DNA from: a virus
Taxonomy: Duplodnaviria; Caudoviricetes
IMG/VR virus record: IMGVR_UViG_3300038962_000198
Location: 1 to 61,781 of that record
Reading direction: 5' to 3' (one strand)
DNA length: 61,781 nt
The notes beneath the pieces are model-generated. The model made no database searches, was not told where the DNA came from, and saw only the letters and a list, made by a program, of their open reading frames with translations. Below are positions 47,628 through 57,741 of this stretch, piece by piece. Position 1 is the first letter of the stretch, and every line of letters begins with the position of its first letter. A program made the position numbers and the translations under genes.

Positions 47628-48090
47628 ATTTACTGTTGTCCGTTGCAGTATTAGAACCATGGTTAGTTGCTACATATAGAACCATTTTATCGCGAACACT
47701 AGTCATTACATCTCTATCGATAAACATTTTACCTACCGCTATACGAAACCTATAGGGTGTTAATATGTCTAGAGCTTCGATACCGGGATGTTCTCCTATA
47801 ACTTTATAGAAAGCTTCTGTTAATTTAAAATTGGAATGGCCTACCCATAACTTAAAAGATTTACTTGCCATAGCATGTTCTGTTAAAGGTAAAACGCCGA
47901 AAGGCGTCATAATGCTACGTATATTAGAGATAGACTGTATATTCTCCGTAGATTCACCTATATCTTCACCAGCCAATATCTGTTCTAATTCAGAAATATG
48001 ATTTTCAAATACTTCTTCCTCTACATCAAAAGCATCTATCCATTTTTCCCAATAGACATCATATCCGTTCGGCTTAGGTATATCATTCAT
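47605..48090 (-). CDS. Hypothetical protein
   Basis: 161 aa with WEKW, TPFG, LWVGHSNF and YRFRIAVGKMF motifs. Confidence 0.6.
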   Translation of the reverse strand: MNDIPKPNGYDVYWEKWIDAFDVEEEVFENHISELEQILAGEDIGESTENIQSISNIRSIMTPFGVLPLTEHAMASKSFKLWVGHSNFKLTEAFYKVIGEHPGIEALDILTPYRFRIAVGKMFIDRDVMTSVRDKMVLYVATNHGSNTATDNSKYDGQNKD

Positions 48091-48099
48091 AATATCACC

Positions 48100-48924
48100 T
48101 CAAACTGCGACAGGAAAGTTAATTTTTGGATGTGGATTATAGTGATTAAGAATGGCATATTTACTATTCCAATCATAAATACAAGGAAATCTACCTAAAT
48201 CCACAGTAGGTAGGGTTCGTGGCTCTCGCAATACCTGTTCTTTTGCTCCCTCTATTTGATTTTCATATATATGACAATCAGCAAATGTCCCCTGTAAGAC
48301 GCCGGGCGTTAATCCAGACTCATGAGCTAACAGTAACAATAAAGTTGCATAACTAGCAATATTAAATGGAATACCCAGCATCAAATCACAACTTCGTTGA
48401 TGCCATATTAAATTGATGCGATCTTGAATAACTACCACATTCCATAATACATGACAAGGAGGGAGAGCCATACGATCAGTCTGTATCGGATTCCATGCAG
48501 AACAAACCATCCTTCTACTATCAGGATTATTTTTTAAAATATTTAATATATTATCTAATTGATCATATCTCTCTAAGCATCCGTCATCATTCTCATCAAA
48601 TACATGATTAAATCTACGCCATTGATATCCATAGATTGGTCCTAAGTCATTATCATTATCATTTAACGGATTGGACCATTCATTCCATATATTACAACCT
48701 CGATCTTGATACCATTTTTTAGAAGTTATTCCCTTAATAAAGCCTTCTAGTTCGGTCCACATGCTTTGGTATGCCATTTCTTTTGTTGTTAAAAGCGGAA
48801 AACCATGCTGCATATTATGTCTAAAAATTTGCCCAAATGAAGTTAGAGCCCTTTCTCCTGTGCGTGTTTCCTTCCAGTGACCATGTACTAATACGTCCTG
48901 TACGATATTTAAATATTGTTTCAT
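48100..48924 (-). CDS. thyA: Thymidylate synthase
   Basis: RTG, GFPLLTTK, LGPIYGYQWR, SRRM, MALPPCH, QRSCDLMLGIPFNIASY and DCHIYENQ motifs. Confidence 0.96.
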   Translation of the reverse strand: MKQYLNIVQDVLVHGHWKETRTGERALTSFGQIFRHNMQHGFPLLTTKEMAYQSMWTELEGFIKGITSKKWYQDRGCNIWNEWSNPLNDNDNDLGPIYGYQWRRFNHVFDENDDGCLERYDQLDNILNILKNNPDSRRMVCSAWNPIQTDRMALPPCHVLWNVVVIQDRINLIWHQRSCDLMLGIPFNIASYATLLLLLAHESGLTPGVLQGTFADCHIYENQIEGAKEQVLREPRTLPTVDLGRFPCIYDWNSKYAILNHYNPHPKINFPVAV

Positions 48925-49382
48925 TTAAAATCTCCTTCTGAAAGTGACTTTAAGGAGAATACCTCTGAAGGGTCTATGGCTAAAGCGCTTTGGCTTTCAG
49001 TATCAATCATCTCTTCGTCATATAGCATTTTCCATTTTTTAATAACGTCGCGTACTAAAGGCTGGTATTCTGGATTTTCATCAGCCCATAAATGTAATGA
49101 TTTTAAAAAATATTCTGACAATAGTCCAGAATTAATCATATGTAAAATAGTGCCTGTCATGTCCATTACCGCTTCATTATTTCTCGTTATTTCGGATGTG
49201 ATTGCAAACTCCCCATCTTCTCGTATATACAAAGCAAAAATTGCGCAAGCAGTATCTAAACTATCAGATAAATCTGGAAGTATGTCGTCGGTCGGAGTTT
49301 TATTTTCTACGGGACTGTCTGAAATAATAGCTTTATTATTGGACCATAACTGTGCTATTTTATTCAAAATTATATGTATCAT
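48921..49382 (-). CDS. Hypothetical protein
   Basis: 153-aa acidic ORF coupled to thyA. Confidence 0.6.
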   Translation of the reverse strand: MIHIILNKIAQLWSNNKAIISDSPVENKTPTDDILPDLSDSLDTACAIFALYIREDGEFAITSEITRNNEAVMDMTGTILHMINSGLLSEYFLKSLHLWADENPEYQPLVRDVIKKWKMLYDEEMIDTESQSALAIDPSEVFSLKSLSEGDFK

Positions 49383-49436
49383 AAATATAGAACCCCTCTA
49401 GATAATATACACCCAATACTAGAGCGTCTATAGATT

Positions 49437-49859
49437 TCATTTACCACTACTTCCAAAACCACCACCACCTCTTTGCGTAAAATCTAAAGATTGCACCTCT
49501 ATCAGAGGCAGTGCGGGAGCAGGCTGTACCAGTAACTGCGCCATTCTTTCTCCTTTATTAATTATGCAATGCTCGTCAGACGCATTCCATAAACACACTT
49601 TAACTTCACCACGATAACCACTGTCGATTACCCCTGCAAAACGATGAATCCCACGTTTAGTTGCCATACCAGACCGATCCCATATTAGTCCTACGTAACC
49701 TACCGGGATTGCCATAGCTATATCAGTACCGATTAATACGCGCTGAGAAGGTTCTATAATAACCTCTTCAGAGGCATATAGATCCCAACCCGCATCATCG
49801 GGATTGGCTTTTGATGGCAATCTTGCATATTTACTGAGTTTTTGTACCTTTAGTTCCAT
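49437..49859 (-). CDS. dut: Trimeric dUTPase
   Basis: AGWDL, RSG, GVIDSGYRGE, GERMAQ and RGGGGFGSSG motifs. Confidence 0.96.
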   Translation of the reverse strand: MELKVQKLSKYARLPSKANPDDAGWDLYASEEVIIEPSQRVLIGTDIAMAIPVGYVGLIWDRSGMATKRGIHRFAGVIDSGYRGEVKVCLWNASDEHCIINKGERMAQLLVQPAPALPLIEVQSLDFTQRGGGGFGSSGK

Positions 49860-50922
49860 AGATAGTCTCCTCTAGTTTATCTATTGTATTAGTCCATGAA
49901 AATTCATTAGCCGTTTTAATGCCTTCCTTATTACTAATAGAGTGATCCAACTTCCATTGGTGATAAAAAGACCGCATATGCTCTATACTTTGATTGATGG
50001 AGCTTTGATCTAATGATGCCCACTCTCCCATACTGTCTTTAAAAAAGACATCATCGTCGATATTTTCCAAATTAGTTATGTCGATTAAAGAACAATTTTT
50101 ATTGTTGCAAAATTCTGTATGTGCAGAATAGTTAGTAGCTATCACATGCTTACCCATAGACATCATTTCTAATAGTTCTAGATTCCAACCCTCGGCCCTA
50201 CTTGGGAATATACCGCAATTTGTAGATGCCATCACCTTTGCAACATCTACTGGGCCTTGAACCCTATCTAATAGACGTACTCTAATATCTGTCTTGTAAT
50301 ACCTTTCCCATTCTTGATGTATTTTAGGAGGTAAAAAGGGATTTGAACACATCATCCATAGTTCTACATCTTGTTCGTTAGGAAAGGCTTGTTTAAATAT
50401 TTCTAATAGAATGTCGTGACCTTTTCGCTTTTCCCATTTACCACAATTAAAAAAAACGCACTTATCGGTGATCTGGTGTGGTCCATCTGTAAATATGGAA
50501 GAGTTAACACCTAAAGGCACAACATGAGTTGAGGCGGATGGTATGTTATTATGAATAATTTCTTCAGCCCATTTAGACGCAATAATAATATGGTCTACAG
50601 AGCTAAGATGATTAATTCGTCGTTGGTCAAATTTATTAATTTCAAAAAAAGGAAATGCAAATGAAGTTCCACAGCCAATCCGATCCGCTAAATCAAATTC
50701 ATGCCATATTTTTAATGATGGCGCTTCTACAAAACCTTCAAATTGCTTACCTGTGTATATAGCCTTTTCAACAATTTCAAGATCTTTTTGATCGGAAACG
50801 CTTATATTACTAATTGGAAATAAAGATACATCAAATCGTGATACAGCCTGTTTTAATATATTAAGTCCTACTACTCCATAACCAAGCGGATTTATAGGAG
50901 CGATAAGATTAAGCTTATGCAT
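49831..50922 (-). CDS. Glycosyltransferase family 4
   Basis: GYG, VVPLGV, GKWEKRKG and PSRAEGWNLELLEMMSMG motifs. Confidence 0.88.
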   Translation of the reverse strand: MHKLNLIAPINPLGYGVVGLNILKQAVSRFDVSLFPISNISVSDQKDLEIVEKAIYTGKQFEGFVEAPSLKIWHEFDLADRIGCGTSFAFPFFEINKFDQRRINHLSSVDHIIIASKWAEEIIHNNIPSASTHVVPLGVNSSIFTDGPHQITDKCVFFNCGKWEKRKGHDILLEIFKQAFPNEQDVELWMMCSNPFLPPKIHQEWERYYKTDIRVRLLDRVQGPVDVAKVMASTNCGIFPSRAEGWNLELLEMMSMGKHVIATNYSAHTEFCNNKNCSLIDITNLENIDDDVFFKDSMGEWASLDQSSINQSIEHMRSFYHQWKLDHSISNKEGIKTANEFSWTNTIDKLEETIYGTKGTKTQ

Positions 50923-50949
50923 ATGTAGACATCCTATTAAAAGTATTAT

Positions 50950-50986
50950 AAAACCCCCCTACCTAGCAGTAACTAAATAAGGGGGT
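50950..50986 (-). terminator. Probable intrinsic terminator downstream of ssb
   Basis: The - strand reads ACCCCCUUAUUUAGU-UACU-GCUAGGUAGGGGGGU (15 bp including G-U) followed by a short U run. Confidence 0.6.
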
Positions 50987-51024
50987 ATAATAGAATCCTA
51001 AAACGGAGGTGATCGTTTCAGGTT

Positions 51025-51423
51025 TTAAAATGGGACTTCTTCGGTTTCAGCACCTACAGATGCGTTGGAGCTGGATTGAGGCTTATTGTTTTTGTTACCA
51101 CCGGGAGTGAGATTTATTTTCTCAGCAACCATAGTAAGTTTACTACGTTTATCACCCTCTTCTGTTTCCCACTTATTAAGTTTTAGTCGTCCCACCACCA
51201 TCAAATGTCGACCTTTAACTAGATATTCATTAAGAGATTCTGCTTGCTTGCCCCAAATAGTAACATCCACAAAGGTTGTTTCTTCTTGGCGATCAGAATC
51301 CTTGGACCAAATACGGTTAGAGGCAATTACAACGTCGGTAACGGGGGTTCCACTAGGAGTAAATCTAAGCTCACTATCTCTGGTTAAACGACCGCTGATG
51401 ACTACTTCATTTAGATCACTCAT
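51025..51423 (-). CDS. ssb: Single-stranded DNA-binding protein
   Basis: LNEVVISGRLTRDSELRFTPSG, WGKQAE and acidic C-tail EEVPF. Confidence 0.95.
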   Translation of the reverse strand: MSDLNEVVISGRLTRDSELRFTPSGTPVTDVVIASNRIWSKDSDRQEETTFVDVTIWGKQAESLNEYLVKGRHLMVVGRLKLNKWETEEGDKRSKLTMVAEKINLTPGGNKNNKPQSSSNASVGAETEEVPF

Positions 51424-51432
51424 TTAAATCTC

Positions 51433-51660
51433 CTACTTTAATAGATTGCGATATCTCAAAGCCTTTCTTGCGAGACGACGTGCGTACGTAGAACCGTGAG
51501 TCCGAACAAGCTTGCGAAATTCACCTGCCTTATCCGTATTGGCAAAGCAGGCCGTTGTACACTTGGCACTTGTTTCGCCAACGGCAAATTTGTTGAGAGT
51601 TTTAACACCGCATTTGCTAGATAATAGCAGGTTCCAGTCGGTAGTAGTCGTGTCCTTCAT
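51433..51660 (-). CDS. Hypothetical basic protein
   Basis: 75 aa with a strong SD (AAGGAGGAG) upstream. Confidence 0.65.
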   Translation of the reverse strand: MKDTTTTDWNLLLSSKCGVKTLNKFAVGETSAKCTTACFANTDKAGEFRKLVRTHGSTYARRLARKALRYRNLLK

Positions 51661-51765
51661 GTTCTCCTCCTTTGTCTTGGGTTGTAATGATGACTGACTA
51701 ATCTTGATGCCGATGCAATATTATACTCGCCTTTTTCCTGAAGAGGGTCAAAATTTTGAAAATTT

Positions 51766-52875
51766 TTATAAAGTTGTTACTTCAATCTCATCAGAATCAC
51801 CTATTGTGCCCACCCCTACTATTACAGACGTTTCTCTTTGGCCGTTATCTACCCCTACATTAGTTATCGGATAATACAAGGTATTGTAATTACCAGCTGG
51901 ACGATCTTTAAATAGTAGATAATTACCATCGGTATTATTTAATAACGAAATAGATGCCATTCTGCCAGATTCTGCCCCTGCTTCAGTTTGGCGACCCATA
52001 GCTATTACAAAAGATTCCTGATTATTCCCATCTATTGTTTTTGTTCCCCAGCTACCACTTGAAGTATGGTCTGTCCAATTAGTGAGTCTACCCGTAGCAT
52101 TAATAGCAGGAGCATCGTCAAGATTTAAACTAAATACATAGGAATAACGAGTATTAACCGTTTCGGAGTCAAGATTTTTGAAGGCTATATCTGTTCCACT
52201 AGACATGTTTTGTACGATAGAAAATGGGATAGATTTAACATCATGTATATCGGCCGCGTATCTAGCTCCGGTTGCTACTAACGCCGTGTCTACTAGCAAT
52301 CCTAATGTGGTTGGAGCGGTGGCATCGGATGATTTTGAGGCTGCTAGAACTAAAGTTGTACCACCAGTATTTTTTACATCATGAGTATGTATGATGTTGT
52401 TGGTTGTAGTTGAACGAAGGGTTGTGTCTACACTACTACAATAATCAATACCACTAACTAATCCGCCGCTTACTCCTGAATAAGATAGGTCAATAGCAAA
52501 ACATTGCCCATAGTGAGTAGTTTCTGCATTGCCACCGTTATAGATTCTTTTTCTATAAACACCAATACTTTGTGTAGGTGAAGGAGCAGTAAATTGTCCT
52601 ATGTGACAGACATATTGTCCTGAACTGTTAGTATCGTGCCTTTGATTTTCAGATCCCACAAGATCCCCTCCACCTCCTTGGAAAGCAAATTTGGTTCCAC
52701 CGGAATTATTACCGGGGCTCTTGCAGTTTACCCATGCTAGCATTACGTATTCGTTACCAGCTACCATTTTGTCAGCGTCTAATAACGTGCCTTGTAATAC
52801 CCAGTCGCTTGAGGTTGTGCTTTCTTCTGTAGCTTTTTCTTGATATATAAACTTCAGTTTGTTAGTAATAGCCAT
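51766..52875 (-). CDS. Hypothetical beta-rich protein (possible virion accessory)
   Basis: Gly/Ser/Thr-rich 369 aa with SD GGAG. Confidence 0.5.
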   Translation of the reverse strand: MAITNKLKFIYQEKATEESTTSSDWVLQGTLLDADKMVAGNEYVMLAWVNCKSPGNNSGGTKFAFQGGGGDLVGSENQRHDTNSSGQYVCHIGQFTAPSPTQSIGVYRKRIYNGGNAETTHYGQCFAIDLSYSGVSGGLVSGIDYCSSVDTTLRSTTTNNIIHTHDVKNTGGTTLVLAASKSSDATAPTTLGLLVDTALVATGARYAADIHDVKSIPFSIVQNMSSGTDIAFKNLDSETVNTRYSYVFSLNLDDAPAINATGRLTNWTDHTSSGSWGTKTIDGNNQESFVIAMGRQTEAGAESGRMASISLLNNTDGNYLLFKDRPAGNYNTLYYPITNVGVDNGQRETSVIVGVGTIGDSDEIEVTTL

Positions 52876-52892
52876 ATTATATTCTCCGTTTT

Positions 52893-54167
52893 TTAAATTA
52901 ATTCCTCTAAAGGGTCTCGATGCTCTAATAAATAGTTGGGTCGTCCCGTATTGTCTACGATTACTTGTGATGTGGTATCAATACCTAAACCATGATATAA
53001 TGTAGCACAAATTTCTTGCATATGTACGGGCCTATCTGATGCACGTTCACCTAATTTGGTGGTAGATCCAATCACTTGGCCATGATGAAAACCACCACCG
53101 GCCAATAAAGCACATGAAACTTGTGGCCAATGATCACGACCAGCGTCTTTGTTAATCTTAGGGGTACGACCAAACTCACCCCACACCACTACTGTCACAT
53201 CGTCTAGCATACCACGCTGTTCTAAGTCTTCTACTAGGGCAGACACACACTGATCTAATTTTGGGCCATGATCACGTACTAAATCAAAATTAGCTGAATG
53301 ACTATCCCAGCGACCATAAGATAATGAAACGGATCTAGCACCGGCTTCTACTAATCGTCGTGCTATGAGAAGGTGTTCATTTACCGTAGGTGCGCCATCA
53401 TATTGATATTTAAATGGCTTGCCATCACCATATCTTTCTCTAATTTTTGGATCTTCTTTTGATAAGTCTAAAGCATCAAGTAATTTATTAGAAGTAAGAA
53501 CATTAAATGCTTCTTCATTAAATGTATTGGTATTATTTAAAACTGTAGTGATACCACCCAATGTTGTTAAAAGATTTTTTCTATTAACAAATCTATCTTG
53601 TTCAATTTTAAGAATCAGATCGTCTATCATATCGCTATTTGGCTGAAACGCTTTATGTGCATCGCCTAAATAGCCAGCAGACCCTACTTCTGACCATGGT
53701 TTGTGCTTGGTAGGTTCTGCTAGTCCTATCGTAATCGGAACCGCCGCATCTATAGGATCTAATATTTTAGACGCAGCCGATCCTATGGCAGGATATTTTT
53801 GTGATCCAATTCCATCATCTCGCCCCCATCCGCTCATACATTGATATCCATCATGAGACCCTTTACATCCTACGACAGAACGAATAGCAGTAAATTTATC
53901 AAACATGGATGCAATTTTAGGAAAACATTCACCAATCTGAATACCTGCCACATTTGTAGAAATGGGTTTAAATTCTCCTCGAATTTCTGAAGGAGCATCT
54001 TCTTTAATATCCCACATATCTTGATGTGGAGGACCGCCTGCTAAAAATATATTAATAACCGCTCTATGTTGTGTGTTATTTTCATTTTGTGCTTGTAAAA
54101 CCTGAGGCATAGACAATATACCAAAAGCACCAACGGATAGAAAGTTGCGCCGCGATAAGTTTAGCAT
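52893..54167 (-). CDS. DUF1501 family protein with Tat signal
   Basis: SRRNFL Tat motif, IFLAGGPPHQDMWD, ARRLVEAG, WDSH, WGEFGRTPKIN...GRDHWP and LAGGG motifs. Confidence 0.92.
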   Translation of the reverse strand: MLNLSRRNFLSVGAFGILSMPQVLQAQNENNTQHRAVINIFLAGGPPHQDMWDIKEDAPSEIRGEFKPISTNVAGIQIGECFPKIASMFDKFTAIRSVVGCKGSHDGYQCMSGWGRDDGIGSQKYPAIGSAASKILDPIDAAVPITIGLAEPTKHKPWSEVGSAGYLGDAHKAFQPNSDMIDDLILKIEQDRFVNRKNLLTTLGGITTVLNNTNTFNEEAFNVLTSNKLLDALDLSKEDPKIRERYGDGKPFKYQYDGAPTVNEHLLIARRLVEAGARSVSLSYGRWDSHSANFDLVRDHGPKLDQCVSALVEDLEQRGMLDDVTVVVWGEFGRTPKINKDAGRDHWPQVSCALLAGGGFHHGQVIGSTTKLGERASDRPVHMQEICATLYHGLGIDTTSQVIVDNTGRPNYLLEHRDPLEELI

Positions 54168-54179
54168 AGCTTTACCTCT

Positions 54180-54578
54180 TTATAATTCATAATATTTTTC
54201 ACCATTATATACGGTAAAATTGTCATCATCGTTAAATAGATCGGCTTGTTCTAATTCTTCTTCATTAAGGGTAAATCCTACTTCTTTTATAGCTTTAATA
54301 ACTTTTCCTCCCGTGGTCATATATTTAAACCAGCCTAGATGACGGCGAACCACCCTTTTTAAAACAAGTTCTTCGTCCAACGTGGGTGTGTTTACGACCT
54401 CTTGACGTTCTTCTCTAGACTTTTTACACCCCTTAATTAAACGAATAAGAGTTACAGAAATTTTACCAATTAAAATAAGCGTGGCTGGATCTACAAAGAC
54501 TTCTTCGGTTTCTCTACCTTTATTATAAGCTTTGTTATAGATTTTTGTAGTTAGAACATTTTCTACATACAGATTCAT
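54180..54578 (-). CDS. Hypothetical protein
   Basis: 132 aa with SD GGAG. Confidence 0.6.
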   Translation of the reverse strand: MNLYVENVLTTKIYNKAYNKGRETEEVFVDPATLILIGKISVTLIRLIKGCKKSREERQEVVNTPTLDEELVLKRVVRRHLGWFKYMTTGGKVIKAIKEVGFTLNEEELEQADLFNDDDNFTVYNGEKYYEL

Positions 54579-54621
54579 ATCTAGCTCCTATATGTTAGCA
54601 GCATTATAAAATCCCCATAAT

Positions 54622-54655
54622 AAAAAAGGGGAGTAGGAGATACCTCCTACCCCCC
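54622..54655 (-). terminator. Intrinsic terminator
   Basis: The - strand forms a G-rich stem ...GGUAGGAG-GUAU-CUCCUACUCCCC followed by UUUUUU, downstream of the stop at 54678. Confidence 0.8.
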
Positions 54656-54677
54656 AGAGTAATTATCTAATATTTAA

Positions 54678-55313
54678 TTAGTTGCCACCAAATGTAGCTG
54701 CCTCATCAGAAGGTAAAGTTCCCGTAGGAATGTCGCTTCTGTTGACTTCACCACCCTTACGTTGCGTAAGCGTGTACAATACGTTCAACAACGAACGAAT
54801 CATAACCGATTCATACTTAGTAAGAGAGTAGGGCTGATGGCGACTATCTACACGAGTAAGCTCAACAAACAAGTTGTCAAGAGCAGCAATGAAGCTGCGA
54901 GCCGCATCGTTAGGACAATTTTGTGGATTAAGCTGTGGGATATCAATATCATTACCAGTTAAATCCCAAGTAACCGTTCTATTAACACCAACAGGCATTA
55001 AAACGTTATCTTGGGTCAGGGCCACATCGTTGTAATCATCAGCTACAGCACGAGTAGTATCTGCTGCTTGAGTTTCCAGCTCTTCTAAAGTAAGAGCATC
55101 AGGATTGTAGGTAATATTCTCAAGAGTATCACCAATTTTTTCGATTTCAGTTACCATATAACGGTTAAGAGCATTATTCCAGCCAGACTGTGACTTGAAC
55201 TCTTGCCGCACCGTTAATTGCTTTCTAAACTTAATGATTTCAGATAAAATAAAGTGAATGCCAAGATTTGGAAATTCGGTATTTGCGCCTTTAAATGTAT
55301 TCTGCGCTGCCAT
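54678..55313 (-). CDS. Hypothetical protein
   Basis: 211 aa with a strong SD (GGGAGG) and its own terminator. Confidence 0.65.
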   Translation of the reverse strand: MAAQNTFKGANTEFPNLGIHFILSEIIKFRKQLTVRQEFKSQSGWNNALNRYMVTEIEKIGDTLENITYNPDALTLEELETQAADTTRAVADDYNDVALTQDNVLMPVGVNRTVTWDLTGNDIDIPQLNPQNCPNDAARSFIAALDNLFVELTRVDSRHQPYSLTKYESVMIRSLLNVLYTLTQRKGGEVNRSDIPTGTLPSDEAATFGGN

Positions 55314-55355
55314 AACAATACCTCCCTTAATTTAAAGTTGTGTGTAAATCACTTG

Positions 55356-57737
55356 TTAAAACTCAAAGCCCATACGTTTCATGAACTGTGTTTTAACCCA
55401 CTTCTCTACTGACTCTGCAACTTCTTTATACCCCAAAACATTAAACTCACCTCTTTTTAGACGAGCTATAGCTTGTTTGTATAAAAATCCTATCATTGCT
55501 TCGTGATATAAAATATGACGATTAATAGTCGCGCTAGATACTCGCTTTAAAAATTGATTTTGCACATAACTGTCTATAGCATCAGCTGCTTTAGTTTGGC
55601 TATTTACTTTAAATGGTGCTGATTTTTTAGTAACAATAAGTCGGTCACGCTTGAGTAGTTCTACAGCTTCTTTATATAAATGGGCATAAAATGCCAGCTC
55701 TTCTACTCGTTCTCCATCGGACCTTTTCAATTCCATAAAATCTTTAATGCGGTCACTGGCCTCGGGAAATGTAGGCTCTTGAATACAATCTAATACTCGG
55801 TCACAATCGCTTTCTAAAGGCCGTGTCGGTTCTTTCTTCTTAGTATCAGAATGAGAAACATTAATGTGGTCCTTGTCATCGATAGTGTTATAAATGTTAA
55901 AGTCTATGTCTTTCGTGGTTGTTTTGAGGTCGTCAATTTTACTATCTATTTCCTGTTTAAGGTTATCAATCTTAGAGTCAAAAATTGAACCTAATCTATC
56001 TTCAAGATAATCAGCCAAACCTCTGAGATCTTTCTCATTGCCTACATCATTAGGCTTGGATTGTGGAGGTGGAACAGGACTGTCTTGTTCGTCGGTCTTT
56101 CCTTCCCATACATCATCAATCATATCTATTACCCTTTTCCTTCCTCTTATTTTCCAGTATAGTCCTAAAATCCCTACCAATCCTCCCGTTGCTGTCCCTC
56201 CAAATAGCCAGCCCAAAAGATTACGTTGACTTTTAACCTCAACTGTTTTACGTTCTAGGTCATAGTTATCATTCGTCAATCCGTCAATAAGGTTCCCTTT
56301 TTGGCTCAATTCGCTCTTTAGGATATCGATTTCACCAAGCTGAGTATCTATATCTCCTTTAAGGATGCTAATCAAATTTTCTAAACCAAGAATAGATTGG
56401 TTGTCTAACTCTCTAGCAGACTTTACAACGTCTATATCTTTCTTAAGTTGTGTTAAAGCGCCTTCTTTTTCCTCAATACTGGTAGATAACGAGTCTCTTT
56501 CCTGTGTTAGGCTTTCTATAGTGGTGTTTTGTTCTACCAAAGATGTATTCAAATCTTTCACCTTTTGGACTAATCCGCCAATTTCACCTTTTAAACTTTC
56601 AATAGTCGATTTATACTCTTCGAGCTTTTTATTAGTATCTGGCGCAAAATCTTTGCCGAAATTTGGTGGCAATACTCCATACGGGTTATTATTATCATTA
56701 CCTTCTGGCGGCGCAGGAGAAGGTCCAGAGGGTGGTGGAGTATTAGGATCAATAATAGGAGGGCAACGCCCACCGGGACATCTCACCTGCATTATTATAC
56801 CCCACTCAACAATCTCTACGCTGGGATATCCCGTTGGAAATGTAACAGATTTTTGCCATCCAGTCCTATTCCAGTCTTGCAAATAATAGCAGCCATTAAT
56901 TCCTCTTGCGTAAATTGCTTTACGGGTAACAACCGTAACCGTAGAGCTATGGTCGCCTTGACTAGAATACGTTGGAGCGTTGGACTCTTTTGTGTTGACA
57001 TATTCCCAATGATCAGGAACCTTAGCGATGAATAAATCGGGTTCGCTAGCAGCATACTCCCAATCTTCGGGAATATTCGTCGTATCATATGCAGCCTCAC
57101 CTTTAACGGCACGTAGGAAATTACCAATATGGATAGCTCCCCCTTTACTGTTTTCGATTCTCCATGTCAGAACTGCACAGAGATATGTATCACCATCAAT
57201 AACAGTATAAACACCCGATCCGCTTTGACCTCCCAGTGGAGGCGGTGTAAACAACACTCGGTTTTTAGACGCTTCTGAAAGTGCATGACCTTCCCACAAT
57301 TGGAGCCATCTAGCCCGAGGACAACCTGCGGATGCTATATAGTCGTCTTTATGCACTACATGATCAGCAGGGGCTAAGGGTACGATCCGTGGAGGAAATT
57401 CTCCAAACAAAGCTTTCTCAATACGAATAATTGCAAAGTCTTTGACGCTTCTATCGTTGTGAGACTTCCAGATAATTGTGCCGGGAAGTTTTTGCGTCTT
57501 TCTTCCATATCTAAAAAATTCACATGTGGCTGTTTTGTTTGACCCCACAACATGCGCATTTGTTAAAACATAAACATGTGTCTTATCAGAAGCAATTGAG
57601 GTTCCACTACCCGCAGAGCTAGATACTCGTACTCGACAAGAAGCCTCACCAATTTCGTTAAGACTTAAAAATTTCGCTTGTGCCATAGACACACACAAGG
57701 TAAAAAACAACACAAAAGAAAGGATTAAAGATCTCAT
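55356..57737 (-). CDS. Membrane-anchored trypsin-like serine protease with coiled-coil stalk and C-terminal domain
   Basis: Signal peptide, GSGT, TNAHVV, DFAII, GGQSGSG, Pro-rich linker, long coiled coil and a TM helix followed by KIRGRKR. Start refined to MRSL (57737). Confidence 0.8.
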   Translation of the reverse strand: MRSLILSFVLFFTLCVSMAQAKFLSLNEIGEASCRVRVSSSAGSGTSIASDKTHVYVLTNAHVVGSNKTATCEFFRYGRKTQKLPGTIIWKSHNDRSVKDFAIIRIEKALFGEFPPRIVPLAPADHVVHKDDYIASAGCPRARWLQLWEGHALSEASKNRVLFTPPPLGGQSGSGVYTVIDGDTYLCAVLTWRIENSKGGAIHIGNFLRAVKGEAAYDTTNIPEDWEYAASEPDLFIAKVPDHWEYVNTKESNAPTYSSQGDHSSTVTVVTRKAIYARGINGCYYLQDWNRTGWQKSVTFPTGYPSVEIVEWGIIMQVRCPGGRCPPIIDPNTPPPSGPSPAPPEGNDNNNPYGVLPPNFGKDFAPDTNKKLEEYKSTIESLKGEIGGLVQKVKDLNTSLVEQNTTIESLTQERDSLSTSIEEKEGALTQLKKDIDVVKSARELDNQSILGLENLISILKGDIDTQLGEIDILKSELSQKGNLIDGLTNDNYDLERKTVEVKSQRNLLGWLFGGTATGGLVGILGLYWKIRGRKRVIDMIDDVWEGKTDEQDSPVPPPQSKPNDVGNEKDLRGLADYLEDRLGSIFDSKIDNLKQEIDSKIDDLKTTTKDIDFNIYNTIDDKDHINVSHSDTKKKEPTRPLESDCDRVLDCIQEPTFPEASDRIKDFMELKRSDGERVEELAFYAHLYKEAVELLKRDRLIVTKKSAPFKVNSQTKAADAIDSYVQNQFLKRVSSATINRHILYHEAMIGFLYKQAIARLKRGEFNVLGYKEVAESVEKWVKTQFMKRMGFEF

Positions 57738-57741
57738 AATT

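Noticed and set aside
48916-49401. 161-aa + strand ORF
   Set aside because: It is an antisense shadow of 48921..49382, which is coupled to thyA and has an SD.
51715-51752. Canonical sigma-70 promoter (TTGACC...TATAAT, - strand) upstream of the ssb unit
   Set aside because: The -10 is perfect but the spacer to TTGACC is 20 nt, too long to call confidently.
56365-56886. 173-aa + strand ORF
   Set aside because: It is an antisense shadow of the coiled-coil region of the membrane protease.
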